In this document: one piece after another, positions 26,737-35,969 of the stretch
How the letters are laid out: each line of letters starts with the position of its first letter
How positions within the stretch are numbered: the stretch's first letter is position 1
Source: an uncultured bacterium
GTDB taxonomy: Bacteria > CSSED10-310 > CAZUFC01
Assembly (NCBI GenBank): GCA_964619725.1
Contig: CAZUFC010000047.1
Location: 1-56,982 of the forward strand
Reading direction: 5' to 3'
DNA length: 56,982 nt
The notes under the pieces: generated by a model
Seen by the model: only the letters and a program-made list of their open reading frames with translations
What the model was told of the DNA's origin: nothing
Databases searched by the model: none
Translations under genes and position numbers: made by a program

Positions 26737-28776
26737 ATGAAAAAATTCACCCGCATATTATTGATTTTCAGCGCTGCATATATCCTGCCTGCAATATTTG
26801 TTTTCCTGCTCGGAATGTCAATGTTCGCCCAGGATCGCGCCGGTAAAATTGCGGCTCAATACTGGGGTGTCATCATCCAACCTGCCGCTGCTGTCGGAAA
26901 TCTGCTTCATGGAATACTCGACGGCTTTTGGGGAGTTTTTCTCGTTTTCTTATCCGGAATGGGAGCAGCAGTTTTTATGCTCCTTAAGTTTCGCGGAAAA
27001 GCTGTTATCCCAGCGTCGCTGACTGCAGCTTTTACCTTTTCAATTGTCGGCGTCCTTAAAGCCTCCTCCAGATTATTGACTTCCGCTTATGTTTTTTTTG
27101 CCGCCGCTCTTGTGTGCTTCTTTTTCATGGGTTTTGTGGAATTAAAGAAAAAACAAGTTCCTGCGGAAAAAAAGGACAGGACTCAGATAAGCGCAAGAAC
27201 CGGGCTTGTATTTCTGATTATTCTGATAGTGTTGGGCGCGGGTTTCCGTTTATACAGGCTGAACGTACACCCCTACGGCTATGCAGGACATGCCGCATAC
27301 CATGCACTGGAATCCCACCGGTTGATGCAGCAAATTGAAGCAGGGACGTATCTGAGCCCCAAAGCGCAGCCCTGGATGGTGTCCCTGCTGAAATTCATTT
27401 ACCATTTCGGTCAAAGCATACAACGCGTTCTCGATATGGCCGCTTTTAAAATGTGGGGCTTCGGGTTCCTCTCTCAACGATTAGTCGCTGTAATGATCGG
27501 CATAATTTCCATTACTATGACCATGCTTTTCACACGACGCCTGTTCGGATTGCCCACTGCGCTCCTGACGACTCTCTTCTTCACCTTATCTCCCATTCAC
27601 ATCACCTGGAGTCGCTATTCGGGATGCATGCAAATTCAATCCATTCCGTACCTGATCGGCGTATATCATCTGCTCTTTCTCGCCGTAAAAAGGAAAAGTT
27701 ACATTTTGGCTATCCTTTCCGGAGCGCTCGCAGGCACGGCCGTTTTTCTCTATTCCCCTAATTTCCTGACGCCGTTCGTCGGCAGCGCCTTTCTCCTTTA
27801 TCATCTCCTGCTCGCCGAAAAAAAACAGAATGTCCTTATATTGTTATGTCTTTTCCTTCTGTTTACCGGCATAGTCGCTGCCCCGCGCGTGGTCATCACC
27901 GGCGGTGATATGGAATTACTGCTTGATACGCCTTTTTATCATAAACCGGAATGGACGCAACCCGCCAAATTATGGGAAAATATCAGATTCCTCGGTCGGC
28001 AGCTCTTTATTCATCCCAGAGGAATGCATTATTTTCTTAAAGGTTCCGCTTTCAACGGTCTCGCAACCGCCGCGGCCTTGATGGGCATATTGTATTCCTT
28101 CTTCAGAATAAAAGACGGCAGGTTCGTTCTTTTGCTGCTGATGACGGGCGCGGGTCTGGCGCCGGCTGTTTTTTCAGACGGACCTTTCCCCCGACGATAT
28201 TTCAATGTTATACCCCCGTTATTCATTCTGGCAGGTTACATGATCGCAAGATGGACTTATATCGCCGGAAGCTTAATTTCTTCTGAAAATATTCAGAAAA
28301 AAATATATTCGATTTGTATCTTTGTCCTGCTGCCTTTGATCATGTCTCTGAGTGCGGATACCTATTTCAACCGGATTTCCGCGCATGAAACAGACAGAGG
28401 TTATGAACACCGGCTGGCCGGCGAATTTATTCGGGATCAACTCAAGGATTACCGTGTATACGTTTCCGATGCGGCCGTCAATTATCCCCACATTCAAGTC
28501 TTTAATTCGGATGAGTATATTGAAGGCGAACTGAAACAACGAGTAAAGCTTATTCCCGATGCGGAATTTCTGGATTTTATCCTCAAATGGCAACCTGCGG
28601 GTGAAAAAGCAGCGTTTGTTCTAAATACAGGCGATAATTTCAACGAGGTGCGCACGGCATTGAGAAGGCGTTTTCCTGATGCCCGGCTGGTCCAGTTGCC
28701 GGATAAAGATACGATTTCAATCGGCAAACCGAAGCTCAGGTTCAATCAAGATATACAGTTTTACTTGATAGAATGA
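26737..28776 (+). CDS. GT-C fold membrane glycosyltransferase (ArnT/PMT-like, family 39/83)
   Basis: 'GFRLYRL...P.G', 'RLVAVMIG', 'LSPIHITWSR', 'RRYFNVIPP'; many TMs and a C-terminal extracytoplasmic domain. Confidence 0.75.
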   Translation: MKKFTRILLIFSAAYILPAIFVFLLGMSMFAQDRAGKIAAQYWGVIIQPAAAVGNLLHGILDGFWGVFLVFLSGMGAAVFMLLKFRGKAVIPASLTAAFTFSIVGVLKASSRLLTSAYVFFAAALVCFFFMGFVELKKKQVPAEKKDRTQISARTGLVFLIILIVLGAGFRLYRLNVHPYGYAGHAAYHALESHRLMQQIEAGTYLSPKAQPWMVSLLKFIYHFGQSIQRVLDMAAFKMWGFGFLSQRLVAVMIGIISITMTMLFTRRLFGLPTALLTTLFFTLSPIHITWSRYSGCMQIQSIPYLIGVYHLLFLAVKRKSYILAILSGALAGTAVFLYSPNFLTPFVGSAFLLYHLLLAEKKQNVLILLCLFLLFTGIVAAPRVVITGGDMELLLDTPFYHKPEWTQPAKLWENIRFLGRQLFIHPRGMHYFLKGSAFNGLATAAALMGILYSFFRIKDGRFVLLLLMTGAGLAPAVFSDGPFPRRYFNVIPPLFILAGYMIARWTYIAGSLISSENIQKKIYSICIFVLLPLIMSLSADTYFNRISAHETDRGYEHRLAGEFIRDQLKDYRVYVSDAAVNYPHIQVFNSDEYIEGELKQRVKLIPDAEFLDFILKWQPAGEKAAFVLNTGDNFNEVRTALRRRFPDARLVQLPDKDTISIGKPKLRFNQDIQFYLIE

Positions 28777-30938
28777 AAAGCGATAAAGCATTTTTAATCG
28801 TTCTGCTGCTCTTTTTCGTCATATTGTGTCTGTTTTTCTCTCCAAGGCTGCGCTACGACGGTCTTCATTACCTTGAAACGGCCCGTTCCCTGGTCATTGA
28901 TAAAGACATCAATACATTCAAGGAAAGGGTTTACAGGACAGAACCGGCCTGGCACGGGTTCTATCGTCGTCCTCTGTTCCAAACCTCCAAACTGCCCATC
29001 GGTTTCGTCGGTTTCATGAGAGGACAGGAAATAACGGAAAACGGATATGCTTTTACCGTATTTCCGACCGGTAACACCATCATGTGGTTGCCCTTCGCAG
29101 CCGCAGCCCATGCGACGGTGCGTCTTTTGAACGGCTGGGGGATGAATATTCCGGAAACAGGTTGGTCAAAACCCTATGTAATCATTTCGGCCATGGGAAG
29201 CGTCTTCTATGCCGTTTTCGGCTTGTTTTTCTGCTATCGTATTCTCAGGCGATGGTTCGACGCTTTTCCCGCTGCTTTCGCCGTCGCTTCCGTTTTCGCC
29301 TGCTTTAATCTGATACCCTTTATCTTTATAGACCCCTTTTATTCGCATATCCTCAGTTTCTTCATAATCGGCGCTTTCATCATGATGCGCTTTCAATCCC
29401 TGGATCATAGACGCTTTTCAGACTTCTTTCTGTGGGGATTGCTCGGCGGATTAAGCATTACCGTCCGATACCAGGACGTTACCCTTTTTCTGATCCCCTT
29501 CGTGGATTTTGCGATTGACTTCTCGAACCTTGACAAACTCTCACCGGAAACACGAAAAATAAGAAAAAAACGATTCTATTTCTCCTCGCTCGTTTTCATC
29601 ATCGGTTCCCTAACGGCAGTGATTCCTCAGTTGGTTTACTGGAAAATTCAGCACGGCGCTTTCATTATTCCCCCTGAAACAATGGGCACGGGACATATCC
29701 CAACCTTTAACCTTTTCAAACCCCAAATCATTGCCATGCTTTTTTCCTCCCACCACGGACTCCTCTCCTGGATGCCCCTGACCGCTCCCGCAATTCTAGC
29801 CTTTTTCGCCTTTCCTTTTAAAAAAGATAAAAGACTGGGAACCTTACTGATAGTTATTTTTCTCCTGCAGACATACTACAACAGTTGTCGAAGCGAATGG
29901 TGGAACCTGGGTTTTTCCGTCCGGCGATATTCGAGTTACGCCCTATTTTTTATGATCGGCATGGCCATTATTGCAGAATTCTTTCGAAAAAAGACCTCAA
30001 GAATCCTGTTGACTCTCATCGTCGCATTTTTTGCATATTGGAATATTCTGTTTATGATTCAATTTTACGACGCCCCCACCATTCAATGTGCGGGACCTTA
30101 TTACCGTAAAATAGTAGGGGAGGCCGATGCGTACAAACCTCCCTCATATCACTGGATCGGCCCCCAACCCCAAATGATGCCGGAATTGACTTCTGCCGCC
30201 CTTATGTGGTTCGTCAAAGCATCTGTTCCGGCTGCATCCTTCGCGGGCATTGTTTCGCCTGAATCCAGCCAGTTTTATTATTCGCTGGCAGCGGGAGCCG
30301 GGTTTTTCATTATAGCCGTTCTCCTGTTTCTGTTTTCCAAACTTCAGCTCTTCAACGCCGGACTGATACGAGGCAAAATAAGCACGGCATTCATTGGCCT
30401 CTACTTTCTCCTTTTCACAGCCGCCATTCTTCTTATGCACTACCGGACGGAACCGGTTCGAGTACTTGAAATCAAAAACGGACAATTCAGCGGAGCGACC
30501 CGAACATTGAGACTAAAAAAAGGAGATGTTTATCTGGGAGAAAACGAAGTCGCGGAACTTGATACGGGCGAATTGATTAAAATTGAAATGAAGGAACGGA
30601 TTTCGACTGATCGCATCGAAGTGACGCTGCTTTTTCCCGTCATCATTCCAGGCGATACTGATTTTGAAGATACTTTCAGGATTCTGTTGACATCGGGGAA
30701 ATTGGTCGTCAGACGATACGTCTCAGTGAATGATCTCTCCGCATACCGATGGACGCCTCCGATATTTGGCGGATTGCAGTTTAATTACAGTTTCAAAGTG
30801 ATCACCATGAACCTCAAGCAACGGATTAAACTGGAAAAAATAGTGTTATCGATGGACGGACACGGCATACCGATAAAGCTGATTGGCGTGGCTTTATACA
30901 AAAATGAACTCACCGGGAACAGGGATTATTCATTTTAG
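28773..30938 (+). CDS. Putative GT-C membrane glycosyltransferase
   Basis: 'DG..Y....RSLVIDKD', 'GL...VRYQD', 'LFSSHHGLLSWMP', 'WW..GFS.RRY'; ATGA overlap with upstream gene. Confidence 0.7.
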   Translation: MKSDKAFLIVLLLFFVILCLFFSPRLRYDGLHYLETARSLVIDKDINTFKERVYRTEPAWHGFYRRPLFQTSKLPIGFVGFMRGQEITENGYAFTVFPTGNTIMWLPFAAAAHATVRLLNGWGMNIPETGWSKPYVIISAMGSVFYAVFGLFFCYRILRRWFDAFPAAFAVASVFACFNLIPFIFIDPFYSHILSFFIIGAFIMMRFQSLDHRRFSDFFLWGLLGGLSITVRYQDVTLFLIPFVDFAIDFSNLDKLSPETRKIRKKRFYFSSLVFIIGSLTAVIPQLVYWKIQHGAFIIPPETMGTGHIPTFNLFKPQIIAMLFSSHHGLLSWMPLTAPAILAFFAFPFKKDKRLGTLLIVIFLLQTYYNSCRSEWWNLGFSVRRYSSYALFFMIGMAIIAEFFRKKTSRILLTLIVAFFAYWNILFMIQFYDAPTIQCAGPYYRKIVGEADAYKPPSYHWIGPQPQMMPELTSAALMWFVKASVPAASFAGIVSPESSQFYYSLAAGAGFFIIAVLLFLFSKLQLFNAGLIRGKISTAFIGLYFLLFTAAILLMHYRTEPVRVLEIKNGQFSGATRTLRLKKGDVYLGENEVAELDTGELIKIEMKERISTDRIEVTLLFPVIIPGDTDFEDTFRILLTSGKLVVRRYVSVNDLSAYRWTPPIFGGLQFNYSFKVITMNLKQRIKLEKIVLSMDGHGIPIKLIGVALYKNELTGNRDYSF

Positions 30939-31061
30939 AGATTGAACCATAAAACCCGTTGCTTTTTTATGGCGGGAAATGATTGAATTTGATCATCTTT
31001 ATATGTTAGAATCCATTGAATGGAGGAATGGAGACAGGGAGTCACAGAAAGGAGCTAAGGC

Positions 31062-33350
31062 ATGGGTAGTGTCGGAAAAAGAATACTAAGGACGGACGGC
31101 GAAGAAAAGACGCTGGGAAAAACGCAGTTTATAGCGGATTATCAACCTCGCGGATGCTTATGGGCGAAGGTATTATTAAGTGAGGAGCCGCATGCGGAAA
31201 TCCTGAATATAGATACGTCTGCAGCAAAAAAGGTTGAAGGCGTTCACGCTGTATTAACTTCGAAAGATATACCGGGGACCAACATCAATCCGTTGATCAA
31301 GCAGGATCAGCCTTTTTTAGCGGAGGGTAAAATCATGCATCCGGGACAAGCGCTGGCCGTCGTGGCTGCTGAAACGCGGGAAGCCGCAATAGAAGCGGTT
31401 CGTCTGATTAAAGTAGATACGAAACCGTTAAAGGCTTCTTTAACGATAGAGGAATCCCTGTCTTCGGACGCTCCCCGCCTGCATGAAGACGACAACAAGC
31501 CGGCATCGTATAGAATCCGTAAGGGCGACGTTTCAGCAGGATTTAAAAAAGCGGAAGTGATAGTCGAAGGGGAATACAGCACGGGTTACCAGGAGCATGC
31601 TTACCTGGAAACGCAGGGTATGGTTGCGGAACCTGAAGAAGGCGGTCGAATGCTGGTAAGGGGTTCCATGCAATGTCCTTTTTATGTTTTGCCGGCGGTC
31701 TCCCAAATCCTGGGCTTACCCCTAAGCAGGGTCCGCGTCGTTCAAGCCGTCACCGGAGGCGCTTTCGGCGGAAAAGAAGACGTCCCGTCGCTGGTCGCCG
31801 GCTGGACGGCTCTGGCTGCTTATAAAACAGGGCGTCCGGTGAAGTTGATTTTAAATCGGGAAGAGGATTTTAAAAGCATGAGCAAACGCCATCCGTCAAA
31901 GGTGAAGTTGAAATTGGGAGCCGGAAAGGACGGCGTACTTACTTCATGCAAAGCGGAGATATACCTCGATGCCGGCGGATACGCGACGTTAAGTCCCGTC
32001 GTATTGTGGAGGTCCACTGTTCATGCTCTGGGTCCATATAAATGTCCCAATGTTCATGTTGACTCATGCGCAGTCGCCACCAACAAGTCGCCGGCGGGAG
32101 CGTTCAGAGGTTTCGGTTCTCCGCAGGTTATTTTTGCGACTGAATCCCTTCTGGACGAACTGGCGGAAAAATTGAACATGGACCCGGCTGAATTGCGTAT
32201 GAAAAATGCGCTCGAACCCGGCAGCGAAACGTCAACGGGTCACATCCTGGACTCAGCCGTCCATTTGAAAGAAACGCTTCAGACCGCCATGAACAACTCT
32301 GACTGGGAAGCCAAAAGGAAAAAATATCCGGAAAAGGTCGGGACCAGTAAAAGAGGCATAGGCATATCTTCGATCATGTACGGAGTCGGACTTGGCGCCG
32401 GGGGAAAACATCTGGATCGATCAGGGGCTTTTGTTCAAATACTGCAGGACGGATCAGCTCAGGTAGCCGTCGGTACCACTGAAATGGGGCAGGGCATGAA
32501 GACTGTTCTCATACAGATAGCTGCTGATGCCCTCGGATTGCCCCCCGAAAAAGTGTCTCTATTGCCGATTGACACTTCCAGGGTTCCGGACAGCGGCCCG
32601 ACAGTCGCATCCAGGGCTACCGTCATGTCCGGGAACGCCATCATAGATGCCGCTTCAAAAATCAGAAAAAACCTCCTGAATTCCGCAGCCGGCATGCTGA
32701 ATTGCACCCCGGAAGACCTGGACGTTCAGGATGGTTGGATACTTATGGATAACGAAAAAAAGTATTCTGTGGTTGATGCCCTCAAGCAGTTGTTCCTCGA
32801 AAGAAGACATCCGGCCGCTCAAGGGTGGTTCAAAGCCCCGGAAACTTCCTTCAACGAATCAGGTATCGGAGACGCTTATTTTACTTACAGTTTCATGACT
32901 GATATTGCTGAAGTGGAAGTCGACTTGCTGACCGGACAGGTCGATCCGGTCAGGATTACATGTGCAGTCGATATCGGCAAAGCCGTCAATCCGATGGGCG
33001 TTGAAGGACAAATTGAAGGCGGTCTCCTCCAGGGAGTCGGATACGCTCTCACTGAAGAAATACTCACAGGACCCACAGCCTGTATCAACAATCCCGACTT
33101 CACCACTTATATTATACCAACGGCCATGGACCATCCTGAAGTTCACTCCACTGTCGTCGAATCATACTGGGATGCCGGACCCTACGGCGCTAAAGGCCTG
33201 GGAGAACTTCCGCTTATGGGTATCGCTCCCGCCCTTACAAACGCCATCTATAACGCCGTCGGCGTCAGAATACGTGAACTGCCCGCTAAACCCGAACGCA
33301 TATTTGCAGAGCTTAAAAAGAAAACTCCTTCACCCGGCAATTCGGAATAA
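31062..33350 (+). CDS. Xanthine dehydrogenase family molybdopterin-binding subunit
   Basis: QEHAYLE, GGAFGGK, AFRGFG, EMGQG, GQIEGG, GAKGLGE. Confidence 0.93.
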   Translation: MGSVGKRILRTDGEEKTLGKTQFIADYQPRGCLWAKVLLSEEPHAEILNIDTSAAKKVEGVHAVLTSKDIPGTNINPLIKQDQPFLAEGKIMHPGQALAVVAAETREAAIEAVRLIKVDTKPLKASLTIEESLSSDAPRLHEDDNKPASYRIRKGDVSAGFKKAEVIVEGEYSTGYQEHAYLETQGMVAEPEEGGRMLVRGSMQCPFYVLPAVSQILGLPLSRVRVVQAVTGGAFGGKEDVPSLVAGWTALAAYKTGRPVKLILNREEDFKSMSKRHPSKVKLKLGAGKDGVLTSCKAEIYLDAGGYATLSPVVLWRSTVHALGPYKCPNVHVDSCAVATNKSPAGAFRGFGSPQVIFATESLLDELAEKLNMDPAELRMKNALEPGSETSTGHILDSAVHLKETLQTAMNNSDWEAKRKKYPEKVGTSKRGIGISSIMYGVGLGAGGKHLDRSGAFVQILQDGSAQVAVGTTEMGQGMKTVLIQIAADALGLPPEKVSLLPIDTSRVPDSGPTVASRATVMSGNAIIDAASKIRKNLLNSAAGMLNCTPEDLDVQDGWILMDNEKKYSVVDALKQLFLERRHPAAQGWFKAPETSFNESGIGDAYFTYSFMTDIAEVEVDLLTGQVDPVRITCAVDIGKAVNPMGVEGQIEGGLLQGVGYALTEEILTGPTACINNPDFTTYIIPTAMDHPEVHSTVVESYWDAGPYGAKGLGELPLMGIAPALTNAIYNAVGVRIRELPAKPERIFAELKKKTPSPGNSE

Positions 33351-33421
33351 TGTGATCGACAGAAATAAAATGTTGAAAAACGAATGGTTCTTCCAGTTCA
33401 TTCACTCTTTCGATCATCACC

Positions 33422-34570
33422 ATGAATTACAGTGAAATTCTGAGTCTGGATGCCGGAGAACATTTCGCTGTATCCGCTCACGGCAATTACATCATCTTTG
33501 ACCTGGGACGCCCCACGCTCTGGTTTATTATCTGTGCTGCTTTATTTCTTTTATGGACCCTCTCTTTGAAAATTCCCGCAACGCGAAAATTCCGCTTCAT
33601 CTTTGCCGTTCCGCCTGCCGCTGCTTTTTCTTTAATGCTACCCTGGGCATTTCATTTCTTCCTGCTGACAGGTCTTCTAGTCTTCGCCCAGAAAAAAACG
33701 GAAAATTTCTTCAATCTCCTCATAAAAGCTTGCTTTTTCATACTTTGTCTTTTCTTTTTCTTCCATTTCCCGCCGCATACAACTCTTGGTCTGGTTGACG
33801 TCGATCACGGAGAAACGTCTTATTTTTCCGTCCCGTCACCCTTTGTCGTCGATCGCTTGAGCGTATCGCCGGACGGAAAAACTGCCGTTATCGTATCCAG
33901 TCTGCCGTTCTCCATCGGCGTGGCCGACGTCGTTTCCATTGTAAATAGCGTCAGAAGCAGAAGACATATTTTCCTCAGTTCCCGTGAGTCGCCCTCTGTT
34001 CTGCAACCGCTCGATCAGTCCATCCTCATGCTCAAAAATGGAAAAATAAAAGAATGGCTGGGTACAGGAGAATGGCTCGATACAGGGCTCACTGACATGA
34101 AATTAATCGACTGCTGGAACGAAGAGGCATTCCAACCTCATGAGGAGGGACTCTACGGATATGATCTTATCGCTCACAGGAAATTCTTCATCGATTATGC
34201 CTGGAACGCCGGTTCCTTTTTCCGGATGCAATACCAGTTCCTGTGCTCGCCCGATCATTCCACCTGTATCATATTGATTCGACAGGGCCGTACCGGCATG
34301 CTCGTTTTCAGAGGTTCCAATCCGCATTTTCTCGGATTCCAGAGAATCGGCCGTTTCGAAGGTTACGCTGCGCCCCGGGAAACCTGGTTCACGGGCCGGC
34401 AGCTTGTCCTGGGAAACCGTGTCATTGACGTCCTGTCAGCCTCCGTCATTCCTCACAGAGCAATAAATTTCTCAAAATACCTCCAATATCCGGGCAATAA
34501 ACCCTACATGGCCGTACCGGACGAAGGAGGCGCTGAATCCGCCCTGAAGGTTTTCCGGGTAAGCGATTGA
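33422..34570 (+). CDS. Hypothetical membrane protein with possible beta-propeller-like segment
   Basis: 382-aa ORF; three TM segments, then 'SVSPDGK' and 'CSPDHS' repeats. Confidence 0.55.
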   Translation: MNYSEILSLDAGEHFAVSAHGNYIIFDLGRPTLWFIICAALFLLWTLSLKIPATRKFRFIFAVPPAAAFSLMLPWAFHFFLLTGLLVFAQKKTENFFNLLIKACFFILCLFFFFHFPPHTTLGLVDVDHGETSYFSVPSPFVVDRLSVSPDGKTAVIVSSLPFSIGVADVVSIVNSVRSRRHIFLSSRESPSVLQPLDQSILMLKNGKIKEWLGTGEWLDTGLTDMKLIDCWNEEAFQPHEEGLYGYDLIAHRKFFIDYAWNAGSFFRMQYQFLCSPDHSTCIILIRQGRTGMLVFRGSNPHFLGFQRIGRFEGYAAPRETWFTGRQLVLGNRVIDVLSASVIPHRAINFSKYLQYPGNKPYMAVPDEGGAESALKVFRVSD

Positions 34571-34692
34571 AAAACTCTGCTTCCCTATTCCCATTATCCC
34601 TGGTTGCCGTCGAAGCTCAACGTTTTTCAGAAACCCGGCTATCCCTCGCTTCGCCGGTAAATTGAATTTCCGCCTGCAGGCCGTTCCAGGAA

Positions 34693-35292
34693 TCAGAATA
34701 TCATCCTTTCCAGATGCTTAACGCTTTGATACAACTCTTCCGCAAGCTGACTGTTCGTCATTCTGCTTTTTACAATCTCGGCGCAGGTCCGGTAATACCA
34801 GAGAGTCCCCTCTTTTTTGCCTGAAAACCGCCCCCACAACTCATCGCCCATGGCCCGAAAATCCATTATGATTGAGCGGACATTGTGAAGCTTGTCAGCA
34901 GCGACGATCCTCAGCACATCTTGAGGAGCTTCCTTTAATTTTTCTAAAAATCTTTCTTTTCTTTCTCTCCAAGGCGGCTTGGGAAATACTTTAGTGTCGC
35001 TGCAGGCCTCAACCATACGAGCCGCATTGTTTCCGAACTTCTCTTTTATCTGTTCCAGAATCTTTTCTCCGCCCCTGTCCTCAACGGCATCATGCAACAG
35101 AGCCGATATCGCCTCGTCTTCCGTGCCGCCGTCCTCAATGACCAGAGCGGCCGCGCTTAAAAGATGCGCGGCGTAAGGAATGTCCGTTCCTTTTCTTGTC
35201 TGACCGGAGTGGAGGCTAAGAGCGAAGATCAGGGCTTCTTCGAACCTGCCTGTTAATTTTTTCTTCTTTTTTTTCTGCATGGAATCTTTCAT
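34693..35292 (-). CDS. HD-domain hydrolase, Mesh1 / small alarmone hydrolase-like
   Basis: 'HSGQTRKG..PY..H', LLHDAVED, ADKLHN; no synthetase domain. Start uncertain (35280, 35292 or 35334). Confidence 0.85.
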   Translation of the reverse strand: MKDSMQKKKKKKLTGRFEEALIFALSLHSGQTRKGTDIPYAAHLLSAAALVIEDGGTEDEAISALLHDAVEDRGGEKILEQIKEKFGNNAARMVEACSDTKVFPKPPWRERKERFLEKLKEAPQDVLRIVAADKLHNVRSIIMDFRAMGDELWGRFSGKKEGTLWYYRTCAEIVKSRMTNSQLAEELYQSVKHLERMIF

Positions 35293-35509
35293 CACTGAAT
35301 CTCCCTCTGCACGTTTTATCAGAATTTTTAACATTAAAGAGGGCTTTTGTAAAAACTTATTTCAAGATTCATCGGTTCCCGCTCAGCGAAATAATATTTT
35401 GAATTTTTCTTTATTCCTGTAATTTTATATAATTGGGTCGGTTGTTCTGATCCTGTCAGAACAGCCGCCTGTATAATATTTTCCCCTCCTGAGGGATTAA
35501 GGAGACGCT

Positions 35510-35953
35510 ATGGAATGCCCGGCTTGCGGAGAAATGATGATCGGACTGGAATTAAAAAAAATCGAGATCGATTATTGCTTGAATTGCAGGGGCATATGGC
35601 TGGATGAAGGCGAACTGGAGCTTCTCACGGGAAACGCATCGTTTGCGCAGGATATGCTTGATTCGTCCGGCCCTGCGGGAAAGACGAAGGAGAAAAAGAG
35701 AAGATGCCCGATATGCCGCAAAAAGATGAAGAAAATGATGTTAAAGGGTGAGAATCCGACGACGTATGACGTTTGTCCCATAGGCGACGGACTGTGGTTC
35801 GACGGTAACGAGTTGGAAGAAGTTTTAAAATCGGGTATGCCTGGAGAAGGGGGTAAAGTGACGGAGTTTTTACGGGACGTTTTCGGCGCTGCTGAAGGCG
35901 ATTCGGTCGCTGCCGGCGAGGAGTCGGAAAGCGGCGAAAAGGAGAGGGGATGA
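35510..35953 (+). CDS. Double zinc-ribbon (zf-TFIIB-like) protein
   Basis: CPAC...CLNCRGIWLDEGEL and CPIC...CPIGDGLWFDGNEL; SD AAGGAG. Confidence 0.85.
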   Translation: MECPACGEMMIGLELKKIEIDYCLNCRGIWLDEGELELLTGNASFAQDMLDSSGPAGKTKEKKRRCPICRKKMKKMMLKGENPTTYDVCPIGDGLWFDGNELEEVLKSGMPGEGGKVTEFLRDVFGAAEGDSVAAGEESESGEKERG

Positions 35954-35969
35954 GAGGAGCACATTCAGC

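Noticed and set aside
34693-35334. HD hydrolase as the antitoxin of a toxSAS module
   Set aside because: No adjacent alarmone synthetase or toxin gene; stand-alone Mesh1-like genes are common.
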